A stretch of DNA of 64,000 bases from Marine Group II euryarchaeote MED-G37 (lineage in GTDB: Archaea > Thermoplasmatota > Poseidoniia > Poseidoniales > Thalassarchaeaceae): NCBI GenBank assembly GCA_002457555.1, contig NTJQ01000006.1, positions 4,468 to 68,467 on the forward strand, written 5' to 3'. The number at the start of each line of letters is the position of its first letter. Positions within the stretch are counted from its first letter, which is position 1. Positions 1 through 9,713 of the stretch are shown here, in pieces. Under the pieces are notes generated by a model. That model searched no databases. It worked only from the letters and a program-made list of their open reading frames with translations, and had not been told where the DNA came from. The position numbers and the translations under genes were made by a program.

Positions 1-165
1 AATATCCTTGTACGATTGCCCAAAATGGCCCTTTACACAAATTGCCACATGAGCGTAGGGGTTTCTGCCCTTCGGATGCTGCCAAGATGGAGGTAGTTTA
101 CCCACGAGTTTGTCTCCTGCCTCTTGCATATAGGTCCAAATCCGCTTGGAGTTCTCTTCATTCAT
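1..165 (-). CDS. Small conserved hypothetical protein, partial (runs off the window start; not in the ORF track)
   Basis: ATG at 165, then 55 open codons: MNEENSKRIWTYMQEAGDKLVGKLPPSWQHPKGRNPYAHVAICVKGHFGQSYKDI. The HPKGRNPYAH motif resembles small proteins I recall from marine bacteria. Confidence 0.7.
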   Translation of the reverse strand, partial: MNEENSKRIWTYMQEAGDKLVGKLPPSWQHPKGRNPYAHVAICVKGHFGQSYKDI

Positions 166-254
166 ACAATTCCTCAATTCGCTGATTTGCTAACAGGACT
201 TGATTTATCCTCTCGCAAACATCCTCACGAACCGATTAAGGAGGGAGGTGTTAG

Positions 255-731
255 TTGGACAATGTGACTCAGGTCAAGGTCGGCAGGGTTGGCGTATTCA
301 AAGGGGCGGTTAGCCTTGCTTTGCAAGATGGTTTACTGACTAATGGAGAGAAGCGCATGTTGGTCAAGTTGTCACATACTCTCCGACTCGATGAGAATGA
401 GCCAAAAACCGTCTATGACGCGGTTATTTCGGGTAAGGAGATTGGTCAGGGCGAAGAATTAGCTCTAGAGGAAACTCGTCGAATTTACGAACAGATGTTG
501 GAAGCTTTCCTACTGCACACCGATCGCTCCGAAGGGGAGGTAATTCTCGTCGCTTACCTGCGACATGCATTCAGTATTGATGATGCAGAGCACCGGGCGA
601 TTGCGAGAAGTTTGGATAGAAATCTTGAGCAAGTGGTGCATCGCACGGTTACAGAAGATATCAGAATGAGATTAGATGATTCAATGGGAAAAATTAGCTC
701 CATCTTCGACGAGTTTAGAGTCAAGAATTGA
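255..731 (+). CDS. Hypothetical protein, possibly TerB-like helical fold
   Basis: 158-aa ORF preceded by GGAGGTG; DGxLTxxE-like helical motif. Fold call is weak. Confidence 0.55.
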   Translation: MDNVTQVKVGRVGVFKGAVSLALQDGLLTNGEKRMLVKLSHTLRLDENEPKTVYDAVISGKEIGQGEELALEETRRIYEQMLEAFLLHTDRSEGEVILVAYLRHAFSIDDAEHRAIARSLDRNLEQVVHRTVTEDIRMRLDDSMGKISSIFDEFRVKN

Positions 732-740
732 GGTCGCGGT

Positions 741-1382
741 ATGGCCAATGACCCTCTAGACGAATACTTTGATTCAACCTCTCGTCGAGTTCATTCTTCG
801 CCGCGGAAGTTGGCTAATGTTGTACGTGCGGCGTATCCAATCGGCGTTCCTGCCCTTATCATGAAATCTAGTACAGATCGTTTTGGCGAAGCGGCGGGTT
901 ACTCATTCCATCTCGGAACTCCTGATGAGAATCTCAGAAGGATTACCTCTTGGTTGCTTACCAATGCAGGGAGTGATCAGAAGACTCTGGTCAAGTTTAT
1001 TCGTCGTCTGTGGAAGAGACATGGGAGAGAAGATGTCGCACTTGCAGCACTACTTTTGGCAAATCTTGACCACAAAAGCCTGGGAACTGATCCATGGACT
1101 ATATTGGCGTCCAATATTTCTCGGAAAGAGCCTGCTGAGGCTCTGTTGTTAACTATTGAAGAGGTTCTCAGAGCAGGAAAATCAATACCTTCTGATGCAC
1201 AATTACTGACTTGGTGCAAGGGCCGAGCGATCGATGGTCACCTAGCAGTATTGGTTATTCATGCTGGTACTATGAGGGGTGAACGAGTAAGTTCAGAAGT
1301 TGCAGAGGCCATTCAATTGGTACCAGTCCCTCCGGGTGACTCGTTACTAGGTCGAATCAAGGCCCGTATCGTAGCGGGTTGA
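741..1382 (+). CDS. Hypothetical helical protein, possibly AlkD-like/HEAT
   Basis: 213-aa ORF in an operon; LWKRHGRED segment resembles AlkD-family helical repeats. Function uncertain. Confidence 0.45.
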   Translation: MANDPLDEYFDSTSRRVHSSPRKLANVVRAAYPIGVPALIMKSSTDRFGEAAGYSFHLGTPDENLRRITSWLLTNAGSDQKTLVKFIRRLWKRHGREDVALAALLLANLDHKSLGTDPWTILASNISRKEPAEALLLTIEEVLRAGKSIPSDAQLLTWCKGRAIDGHLAVLVIHAGTMRGERVSSEVAEAIQLVPVPPGDSLLGRIKARIVAG

Positions 1383-1627
1383 GCCAAGTTCAAGCGCTTC
1401 TGGGTCACCCGCTGTCTATGAGCGAGAGATTGCTGCCATCTGATGACCCTGTTGCTGAACAGGTTCTGGAATGGACAATCCAACGCGACTCGGCCGATAT
1501 TCGACAATTGATGAATTGGGTCGAGAGAAGCGATGGAAGAAAGGAAAGATTGACTCTACTGGCTCGTGCTGCTGAGCTGATGGAAGAGATTCGCTACGCT
1601 ATGCAGAGACTTGACGATTTGCGGTGA
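1379..1627 (+). CDS. Small hypothetical protein
   Basis: 82-aa ORF; 4-nt overlap with the upstream stop, and ends just before mobA. Confidence 0.6.
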   Translation: MSQVQALLGHPLSMSERLLPSDDPVAEQVLEWTIQRDSADIRQLMNWVERSDGRKERLTLLARAAELMEEIRYAMQRLDDLR

Positions 1628-1631
1628 AGGT

Positions 1632-2192
1632 ATGAGATCTCTACTACTCGCCGGTGGTCGAAGCAGCCGAATGGGGCGAGATAAGGCTCTGATTGAGGTC
1701 GGTGGAGTCGCCTGTATTGCAAGGGCTGCTTCGGCTTTAGCGGCGGCGGGTTGTGAGCCTATTCGAATAGCCGTTGCTCAGCCTGAAGATGTAGAGAGGT
1801 ATGGTGCGGTTATGCCAGACGGACTAGATGTTGAATGGGTGTTAGATGCATTAACCCATGCTGGGCCAATTGAGGCGCTTATCGAGGCCTTGACCGATCC
1901 ATTAGTTGCTGATGCTGATTCAATTCAACTCTGTCCGGTGGATGTTCCATGGGTAACTGCTGATTTATTCTCCGAATTAGAGAAAACTCTCGGCCCTGGC
2001 GATTTACTAGCGATACCCGCTGACCCTCAAAGAACTCATCCATTACTTTCGAGAGTTCGCCCTTCTATTGCATCAAAAATTGCTGACGATAGGCGGCCAT
2101 TACATGTTCAATTTACAGAGATGGAACATTCGACTTTATTGACGGATTCTGCTATTCTAAGAAATGTCAATACACCCGGTGACCTAAACTGA
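1632..2192 (+). CDS. mobA: Molybdenum cofactor guanylyltransferase-like NTP transferase
   Basis: LLLAGGRSSRMGRDKAL at the N-terminus, CPVDVP, and NVNTPGDL at the C-terminus. Start taken at ATG 1632. Confidence 0.85.
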   Translation: MRSLLLAGGRSSRMGRDKALIEVGGVACIARAASALAAAGCEPIRIAVAQPEDVERYGAVMPDGLDVEWVLDALTHAGPIEALIEALTDPLVADADSIQLCPVDVPWVTADLFSELEKTLGPGDLLAIPADPQRTHPLLSRVRPSIASKIADDRRPLHVQFTEMEHSTLLTDSAILRNVNTPGDLN

Positions 2193-2819
2193 ATATCCGC
2201 CTACTGAGAGCCTATCAAGGGCTTCTGGATAGAGAGAATGTTCTACTTTTTTGATTCGTTCTTGTAGGTCTGATTCTGTATCATCAGGGCGAACTGGGAC
2301 TTCACTTTGAGCTAGAATCATTCCGCTATCTACGCCTTCGTCCACCAAATGAACTGTGCAACCTGAAACCGTTGCTCCATCGGCCAATGCATCCCTATGT
2401 GCATGGGCCCCTGGATACTTCGGAAGTAGAGAAGGATGGATGTTGACCAAGCGACCTTTCCATTGCTTGACAAAACTCGGTGTGAGGATTCTCATGTACC
2501 CTGATAGAACTATCAATTCCACTTCTGCATTGACTAGGGCCGTGTGAACTAACTCCTCGTGAGCTAGTCGTCTTTGCACCTTGTCTTCGAGAGCTGGTAA
2601 TGAGATTCCGTGGGTTTCGATTCCAAGTGAGCGCCCATGCTCCAAGCCAGCTGCATCTTCTGAATCTGCTAGGACCAAAACCGTCCGATGTGTTCTGACT
2701 TCTGACTCCTGATATCTTAGCAAGGCGGCAAGCCCTGAGCCGCCTCCAGAAATTAGAACGGCTATCCTCAATGGTTCTTCAATCGTGGCTGAACGAGGTA
2801 GCAGGTATGCCTCATCCAT
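2184..2819 (-). CDS. purN: Phosphoribosylglycinamide formyltransferase
   Basis: AVLISGGGSGL, LSGYMRIL, NIHPSLLP, GCTVHLVDEGVDSG motifs. Confidence 0.95.
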   Translation of the reverse strand: MDEAYLLPRSATIEEPLRIAVLISGGGSGLAALLRYQESEVRTHRTVLVLADSEDAAGLEHGRSLGIETHGISLPALEDKVQRRLAHEELVHTALVNAEVELIVLSGYMRILTPSFVKQWKGRLVNIHPSLLPKYPGAHAHRDALADGATVSGCTVHLVDEGVDSGMILAQSEVPVRPDDTESDLQERIKKVEHSLYPEALDRLSVGGYSV

Positions 2820-2928
2820 ATGTGCCCGCTAGCGATATCCTGCTTGAGAATTGGGGAGACTATGCCTGAGTGGTTCTGTATCTTTGATACTAGACTTGTT
2901 TATTTGTGTGAGGCGGCGCGAAAGCATC

Positions 2929-3411
2929 GTGGAACCGCTGGGTAGTGTCGACGAAATCGTCGAGAAATACTACACACAAAAGCCGCTATTTCAGCGTCGT
3001 TTGTACCTTGGATTAGGCTGTCTGTTTGTCGGTTTTGCATTTATTGGAATCTATGTTCCTGGTTGGCCGACCGTGTCCTGGGCGGTGCCCGCAGCATTCT
3101 TGTTTTCCTTGTCGAGTGAGTCTATGTTTAGGTGGTCATTGAGTAACCGATTCTTTGGTTCGGCTATGTTTGATTACTATGCAAATGGCAAGACTATTCC
3201 AAGGCACGCCAAGGCGGGCGTTATTGGATTGATTTCTTTCATGACTATTTCATCTGCAACCTTTGTTTGGTACGTCTCAACATTGGGTGAAGGCGATTAC
3301 TTCGATCCCAGTAGTTGGGACGGTGCAGATCCTGGATTTGGCTCAGTGACCATTATTCTGGTTGGTCTGATCGGTGTTTGGTGGCTTTGGAAGAAAGTCC
3401 CGGCACGGTAA
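2929..3411 (+). CDS. YbaN/DUF454-family inner membrane protein
   Basis: GIYVPGWPTV..F motif plus TM helices; probable GTG start at 2929. Confidence 0.75.
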   Translation: MEPLGSVDEIVEKYYTQKPLFQRRLYLGLGCLFVGFAFIGIYVPGWPTVSWAVPAAFLFSLSSESMFRWSLSNRFFGSAMFDYYANGKTIPRHAKAGVIGLISFMTISSATFVWYVSTLGEGDYFDPSSWDGADPGFGSVTIILVGLIGVWWLWKKVPAR

Positions 3412-3415
3412 TGAT

Positions 3416-5026
3416 TCAGTGAAGGAATAGTCTCTGGCCTGTGAATATCATCGCCATCCCATGCTCATCTGCCGCATCAATTGATTCCTGATCGCGCATT
3501 GAGCCTCCCGGTTGAACGACTGTGGTTACACCAATTTCGTGCGCCGTGTCAATTCCATCTCGGAATGGGAAGAACGCATCTGATACCATCATCGAACCCT
3601 TTGCCCTCTCGCCTGCTCTTCGGGCAGCAATTCTAACTGCCTCGACCCTGCTAGTTTGGCCTGGTCCTACACCGACTGTGGCGAATCCTGTTTCAGTCTG
3701 TGCTACCAATACAATCGAGTTGGATTTGACCTCTGAAAGAACAGTTGAACCGAACCGTGCCAGTGCCACTAAATCGTCGTCTGCTGGCGCTTTTGTAACG
3801 CACTTAACAGCCGACCAATCTACCGACGGTGGTCCTTGAACTTGAGCTACCCAGCCGCCATCGAGTTGCCTAATTCTGACCTCATCTTCACGTGGTGTGA
3901 AAACGTCCAAAGTTAGCATTCTTCGATTCTGTTTTTCGCTCAAAATATCTAACGCATCGTTATCATATCCGGGTGCAATAATGCACTCTAAGAAATGTCC
4001 GCCGATGGCTTCTGCTGTTGCTTTCTCAACAGTGTGAGTGAATGCGATTACACATCCGAATGCAGACTCTGGATCGCTTGCTAGAGCGTTCTCCCAAGCG
4101 CCTACTTGTGTTGCATCGATTGCCGCTCCACAGGGATTTGTGTGCTTGATTACAACACAGCCATGTGATCGCTTCTCATCCGTATCGATTAGGAATCCTC
4201 GAGCGATTCTTAGAGCTCCATCGAGGTCGAGATAATTGTTGAACGAGAGTTCCTTTCCACCGTGCTGGACTGCGGCTGCCAGTCCCTTCGGGCCGGTTGC
4301 ACTCGCTGCTGGATAGAATGCTGCGGGCTGATGTGGATTCTCTCCGTACCTTAGCGAAGTTCCGGTCTCGCTAGAAACGTGAATTCGGCTTGGAACATCT
4401 GGTGAATTGAATCTATCATCCAACTCATTGCTAACCGCTGCATCGTAAGCTGCAGTTGTTTGGAAAGCATCCAATGCCAATTGTTTGCGCGCCTCTAAGC
4501 TAACTCCTGAAGGATCTCCGTTTGCTGATTTCAATGCAGACAAAACCGACTCATATTGTTCGGGTGAAGTTAGTACCAAGCAGTCCTTGTGGTTCTTTGC
4601 CGCTGACCTAATCATGGTAGGCCCGCCAATATCGATCATCTCAATCAATTCTGCATTGGGCGCTGGTGGGTCTTTGGCTGCTACAGATTCGAAAGGATAC
4701 AGATTGACGCAGACTAGGTCGACCGTTCGATAGCCCAATTCATCTAGCGTTTCCATGTCATCTTCACGGTCGCGACGTACGAGAATTCCACCATGTACCG
4801 CAGGATGGAGAGTCTTCACTCGCCCGTCGAAACATTCCGGGTGGCCGGTCGCATCGCTGACATCGATTACCGGCAAGCCTGCTTCACGTAATGCACGCGA
4901 TGTTCCTCCGGTGGAGAGTAGTTCCCAACCAAGGTTGTGTAGTGCCTGTCCTAACTCGACAATGCCGTCTTTGTGGAAGACGCTCAGAAGGGCGCGAGGT
5001 GCTACCATAACTCTGCGTGGTAGCAT
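3416..5026 (-). CDS. purH: Bifunctional AICAR transformylase/IMP cyclohydrolase (bacterial type)
   Basis: STGGT, GRVKTLHP, IDIGGP, RYGENPHQ, KHTNPCG, SDAFFPFRD, QPGGS motifs. Confidence 0.97.
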   Translation of the reverse strand: MLPRRVMVAPRALLSVFHKDGIVELGQALHNLGWELLSTGGTSRALREAGLPVIDVSDATGHPECFDGRVKTLHPAVHGGILVRRDREDDMETLDELGYRTVDLVCVNLYPFESVAAKDPPAPNAELIEMIDIGGPTMIRSAAKNHKDCLVLTSPEQYESVLSALKSANGDPSGVSLEARKQLALDAFQTTAAYDAAVSNELDDRFNSPDVPSRIHVSSETGTSLRYGENPHQPAAFYPAASATGPKGLAAAVQHGGKELSFNNYLDLDGALRIARGFLIDTDEKRSHGCVVIKHTNPCGAAIDATQVGAWENALASDPESAFGCVIAFTHTVEKATAEAIGGHFLECIIAPGYDNDALDILSEKQNRRMLTLDVFTPREDEVRIRQLDGGWVAQVQGPPSVDWSAVKCVTKAPADDDLVALARFGSTVLSEVKSNSIVLVAQTETGFATVGVGPGQTSRVEAVRIAARRAGERAKGSMMVSDAFFPFRDGIDTAHEIGVTTVVQPGGSMRDQESIDAADEHGMAMIFTGQRLFLH

Positions 5027-5051
5027 CGGGTTTGAAGTGTTCGCGGAAGCG

Positions 5052-6383
5052 CTATTCAGACTCCGAGTGGGAAGTCTCTGTACGCTTGATACCCCACTGA
5101 ATTAACAAACCAAGAATTGCAATTAATCCCGCAACACGGAATACTGTGTGGTATGTCCAAATTCCTGTACCTTCAACCGTGGCAGACCAGATGAAAGCGG
5201 CCAGTACTGGACCAATGATTCTCGAAAGTGCTCCAAATCCCTCTTGGGCTCCCATTACCCTTCCGAGATCAAGTCCCATTGCCCTAGCCTCGGTGGTAAT
5301 CATTGTTGATTGAGAAGGTTGGAATAACCCGTTACCAGCTGCAATGAAGGTCATAGCGAGTAGTCCAATTGCGAGTGGGGTTGGTTCTAGATACGGTATC
5401 CAACCAAGCCCGATTGAAGTCAGAATGATTCCGACTATCATCAGTTGCCGCACATCGAACCTTTTGCTAAGGGGACGAATTAAGCCGCCTTGGACAATCA
5501 CTCCCATCAGTCCAACATAGGCGAATATGTATCCATTCATTCTCTCATCATACCCTAGTCCGCCATCCTCAATCGGCATGGCGGTGAATAGAATGAATGT
5601 AGCATGCATCATGGTGAAAGCGAGTAGGAAGGTGGCATTGACTAAAACGAGCCTTTTCACATTTGGAGAGAGGTCGCGAACGCTGACTAAATTTCGAATT
5701 ACTACTTTCAGTCCCTTTTCTTCATCGGATGTTTTTCCTCTCTTTCCTGGTGGAAGGCTTTCAGGAAGCATTCGAATTGCCAATATGAACGAGATTGCGG
5801 AGAGCAATCCTGCCGTTAAACATGGCAGAAAGTAAGGGTGTGCGGCCCACCATTCTGTGTCAAACGGGCCCCCAAATGCGTTTGCAGGATCCGTTAGAAC
5901 GCCGCCTACAAATGGCCCTATCATGAATCCTAAACCAAATGAGGCCCCAATCATCCCCATCCTACCAGGCAACTGTTCTCTGGTACTGATATCACCAATG
6001 TAGGCCCGAGTTACTGCGATATTTCCATTTCCGGCACCAGCCAAGAAGCGTACTACAATGGCCATCCAAAGGGCTGATGCTAGTCCAAATGCAATTAGGA
6101 AAATGGTATTGCAGACTAATCCGAACATGAGAATTGGCCTCCGGCCAACTCGGTCTGAAAGAGCTCCTAGTAAGGGTGTGAAGAGAAATTGTCCAAGTGT
6201 GTAAGATGCTAGAACGATTCCAACCCACCAGTCTCTTGTTGCCATATCGATGAAGCCATCTGCCTCGGCTAAGTCCTGTACAAAATAAGTCAGAAAGGGG
6301 ATTACAAGAGTGAATCCAATCATGTCGATTAAAACGACAAGAAAAAGGATTAGCAACGGAGACCGTTGTCCCTCATCAGACAT
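5052..6383 (-). CDS. MFS transporter, TetA/DHA1-like
   Basis: GALSDRVGRRP motif A and about 12 TM helices; probable start ATG 6383. Confidence 0.9.
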   Translation of the reverse strand: MSDEGQRSPLLILFLVVLIDMIGFTLVIPFLTYFVQDLAEADGFIDMATRDWWVGIVLASYTLGQFLFTPLLGALSDRVGRRPILMFGLVCNTIFLIAFGLASALWMAIVVRFLAGAGNGNIAVTRAYIGDISTREQLPGRMGMIGASFGLGFMIGPFVGGVLTDPANAFGGPFDTEWWAAHPYFLPCLTAGLLSAISFILAIRMLPESLPPGKRGKTSDEEKGLKVVIRNLVSVRDLSPNVKRLVLVNATFLLAFTMMHATFILFTAMPIEDGGLGYDERMNGYIFAYVGLMGVIVQGGLIRPLSKRFDVRQLMIVGIILTSIGLGWIPYLEPTPLAIGLLAMTFIAAGNGLFQPSQSTMITTEARAMGLDLGRVMGAQEGFGALSRIIGPVLAAFIWSATVEGTGIWTYHTVFRVAGLIAILGLLIQWGIKRTETSHSESE

Positions 6384-6432
6384 AACTTGGCCCAGGGCAA
6401 GTTGCGTTTGAATGGTCCGTATTGGATTGAGT

Positions 6433-8007
6433 TTAATCGCCTCTTGCCGAGATGACTTGGTCAATCCTTAGCATACTCATGGCCGTCTCAACTGAAGATT
6501 CCAAACCTTCCTCGATAATTGCCCTTGGATGCCAAACTCCCGAAAGTTCTCCTACTTCTCCGTCGACCCTGACTCCCTGTGGTGTAGGTGACTCTTCACG
6601 CGCTACCGCGCGCATCTCTAGAACAGCATCGAGAGGGTCCTTTCCTGAATTGTCGGCTAGCGTTGCAGGTACAGTTTCCATAGCGCGTGCGAAGGCTTCC
6701 ATAGCTAATCTAGCACGTCCAGGTTCGGATTCACTGGCCTTTCTTACTGCGTTTGCGATTCTTGCGTGGGTCGCTCCGCCTCCAGCTAGTAGTTGGCCTT
6801 CTTCGAGTGCTATACTGGTGGCTCTCAAGGCATCATGCAGTCCTCGAATTACCTCCTCTGTTGCGGCTTCTCCAGCGCCGCCAATTGCAAGGGTGACTGT
6901 AGCAGGCGTTTTGCAATCGTCAATGGTGATTACGTCCTCTACTTGATCTGTCGATTGTCGACGCTCCCAGTGAACATTTCCGGCTACTCCGAGGTCGCTT
7001 GCTTCGATATCGATAATTGAGTCGATGACTGTGGCACCGGTTGCAGCAGCCGCGTTATCTAGTTCTGATTCGTCAAGGTCTGATACAGTTAGTATTCCAG
7101 CGTCTGCTAGGTCGTGCAGGATATCTCTGTCGATTTCTCCGCCCGCAAGAATCAGCTTGGCTCCACTATCAATAAGTGATTGTGCTAATTCTTGTTTGCG
7201 GGCTGACTCCGCTTCGACAAACCCATCCAATTGTTCCGCTGATGTAATTTGAATCTCGGCGTCACGAGTCATTTTTCGAATCTTGATATCGCCGCCGAGT
7301 ACCGCGGTTTTTGCATTTTTGAGATTGTTTGGGAAGTTGTCCATTTGGACTCGGCGACGGATTGCTATCCCGCGGATTAGATGGCTATCTCTCAAGCCGC
7401 CTCGACCGATTTTGTACATTGCAATATGTTCCGCTCCTGCTTGCTCGACGTTTGCTTCAACGGCGGTAAGTGCGTCTCGCACCATGGGCGCGAAGACATC
7501 GATTGCTGCTTCTGCGCCCTTGCCGGTGAGAGCAGTTTCCGCTACTCCGATTAGTCTAACATCGTCTACATCGACTGCGTCAGCATCCATTAGTTGAGAT
7601 GCTATTTCCATCGATGTTCTGTATCCGTCAACTAGGGTAAGTGGATGTAGTCCCTTGGAGAGTAGGTTGTTTGCCTCTTCCAATAGTGCTCCACAAAGCA
7701 TCATTGCGGTTGTTACTCCGTCGCCACAGGCTTCCTCCTGTGTATTACCCATGGCGACCATCATTTTTGCAGCGGGATGCTTGACCATCAATTCGGCTAC
7801 TATCTTTGCACCATCGTTTGTAACTGCAGTTGACCCGTCTGTTTTGTAGAGCATTTTGTCTAGCCCTCGAGGCCCATAAGTCGGCTTCAGTAAGTCGGAA
7901 AATACGCGAGATGCAGAGATTAACTTCTCCTGTACCTCAGTTCCACTGGTGATGTTGGTCGAGTCACTAACAACAACCACAGGAGGCTTGCCTTCACCCT
8001 CACTCAT
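6433..8007 (-). CDS. Thermosome (group II chaperonin) subunit, divergent paralog
   Basis: PTYGPRGLDKML, TNDGA, GDGVTT, GGGA motifs; no GGM tail. Probable start ATG 8007. Confidence 0.92.
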   Translation of the reverse strand: MSEGEGKPPVVVVSDSTNITSGTEVQEKLISASRVFSDLLKPTYGPRGLDKMLYKTDGSTAVTNDGAKIVAELMVKHPAAKMMVAMGNTQEEACGDGVTTAMMLCGALLEEANNLLSKGLHPLTLVDGYRTSMEIASQLMDADAVDVDDVRLIGVAETALTGKGAEAAIDVFAPMVRDALTAVEANVEQAGAEHIAMYKIGRGGLRDSHLIRGIAIRRRVQMDNFPNNLKNAKTAVLGGDIKIRKMTRDAEIQITSAEQLDGFVEAESARKQELAQSLIDSGAKLILAGGEIDRDILHDLADAGILTVSDLDESELDNAAAATGATVIDSIIDIEASDLGVAGNVHWERRQSTDQVEDVITIDDCKTPATVTLAIGGAGEAATEEVIRGLHDALRATSIALEEGQLLAGGGATHARIANAVRKASESEPGRARLAMEAFARAMETVPATLADNSGKDPLDAVLEMRAVAREESPTPQGVRVDGEVGELSGVWHPRAIIEEGLESSVETAMSMLRIDQVISARGD

Positions 8008-8084
8008 CGGCTCGCCGACCAATGAGGGCGTCATGAACCCTTGCGAGCCCTCCGAGAGGGCTCAAATATGGGGGTTCAGGGATT

Positions 8085-8438
8085 CTATGCCCACGCTAGG
8101 TTAGAGTCGACCCAGCGGGCTGTGTTCTTTTTGCCAACGAAAATCCAATACAATCCAAGGGTGATTAAAGAAAGAAATAATGTTTTCATCCAGACCATGA
8201 AAAATGAGCCCGCGTTTCCTGTAAATTTGATTCTTTTACCATCAATAAGAGCATTATTTGCCCACGCGTTGTAATACATTACAGTAGTCCATGGGACTGC
8301 AAGGAATAATGTGATTAAATTGATGAGAAAAAGGCCAACTCTAAGCAAAAACATACCTATTCCTGATTCTGCCATCATAATCTTCCAGCTTCCTGGAGTT
8401 GGTGAGGCCGGCTGCATTGCTTGTGGAGTTGTTTCCAT
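8085..8438 (-). CDS. DUF898/YjgN-like small membrane protein
   Basis: IDGKRIKFTG and LITLGLY motifs with TM helices. Confidence 0.7.
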   Translation of the reverse strand: METTPQAMQPASPTPGSWKIMMAESGIGMFLLRVGLFLINLITLFLAVPWTTVMYYNAWANNALIDGKRIKFTGNAGSFFMVWMKTLFLSLITLGLYWIFVGKKNTARWVDSNLAWA

Positions 8439-8525
8439 AATATTGTACTAGTATATCCACGAATAAGATATTCGTAGTGAGTCTTGTGAATTTCAGCGGC
8501 GTCCGTACTTGCCCTTTCGAATGAA

Positions 8526-9677
8526 CTAATCCCACCACTCTTGATCGCTCAACAGCGAAGGGTGGTTTGCTGGGAGGTCTGATTTCCAGTCGTTTGTTTC
8601 AACCACATATGCTGTGTTCCGAGTCTCCACTATGCATGTCCCCTCTTCGTCATACGTCATTCCAACTATGTTCGATGAGTAAACACTCTGAGTCCCTAAT
8701 TCTGGATGGTCGAATGCCTTTCCCACCAAGCCACCATCAATTACGGTGGCTCCAGTCATTTTGATTACTGATTTATCTTTAAGATTCTTCACGGAACCCG
8801 TGCTCTTGATTTTGATTAATTTCTCCGCCTTGTGCATTACACCTAAAGCATCATTTTTGGAATCAAATTCTGATATACCGCACATAGCCATAAAATCCTC
8901 TAAAGTTTTGTCATCATCAATTTCTTGATTATACCAATCGACAATCTGTTGGCCGTCACTCTTGCTGTCCCAGTGTTGAACATCAAAAATATCCAATGGA
9001 GTGGCTTCTGCCTTTTTTCGGTTTGAAGAAGGTTGGATATGGAAGAGAGCTTTCCAAATTACAAGGAATGCTGTAACTGCAATATAGACTCCGATGATTA
9101 TTTGGCTAATCATAATAATTGGGGGTATTACTCCGGAAAAACCCTTCATCAATACTGCTTCATCTGGATTTTTTGGATTATAATACGCACTGGTTTCTGA
9201 ACCTACTGGATAGTCGACGATCATGTCCGGTGAGAATCCGTAGTTACCTTCATCCAAATCAAGGAGAACAATATCGTCATTTGAATATGATTCCCCATCT
9301 ACAAAATAAGAATATTTGATGTATGGGTAATCGTTTCTACTGCATCCGTCTTCACCACATATTTCGTATTCTCTAATCTCTGAAATACTGACTGTTGCCG
9401 GGATTTCTTCCCAATCAGAAGTATTTACTTGATCGTAGAATGTTATTGCATCTGTGCCGACAATAAGCAAACCGACGAAGAAAATTAAGCCGGTTGTACC
9501 GAAATATGTTGATTTAACCTTGGATTTTTCTATTAATGGGATCACTGGAAGCTTCTCTGCTGGTGCTTCAATAAATTGCTTAATGTGACGTGGGCGAATT
9601 TCGAAAAAGAATACTGCGATAAATCCGAAAAATCCCAATGGGATACAAATTTCGAGGATATCTACGATTATGTCCAT
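8526..9677 (-). CDS. DUF3592-like membrane protein with an extra C-terminal domain
   Basis: TM - W..V.ATV..S..Y.Y.VDG..Y..YYNP.NP.EAVL - TM pattern, followed by a soluble tail of about 170 aa. Confidence 0.65.
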   Translation of the reverse strand: MDIIVDILEICIPLGFFGFIAVFFFEIRPRHIKQFIEAPAEKLPVIPLIEKSKVKSTYFGTTGLIFFVGLLIVGTDAITFYDQVNTSDWEEIPATVSISEIREYEICGEDGCSRNDYPYIKYSYFVDGESYSNDDIVLLDLDEGNYGFSPDMIVDYPVGSETSAYYNPKNPDEAVLMKGFSGVIPPIIMISQIIIGVYIAVTAFLVIWKALFHIQPSSNRKKAEATPLDIFDVQHWDSKSDGQQIVDWYNQEIDDDKTLEDFMAMCGISEFDSKNDALGVMHKAEKLIKIKSTGSVKNLKDKSVIKMTGATVIDGGLVGKAFDHPELGTQSVYSSNIVGMTYDEEGTCIVETRNTAYVVETNDWKSDLPANHPSLLSDQEWWD

Positions 9678-9713
9678 CTCAAGCCACCAATCTCATCGAG
9701 CACTAGCGTGTGA

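Noticed and set aside
6433-8007. Divergent thermosome subunit as a possible pseudogene
   Set aside because: The frame is intact at full length and the ATP-binding motifs are retained. Extra divergent paralogs are common in archaea.
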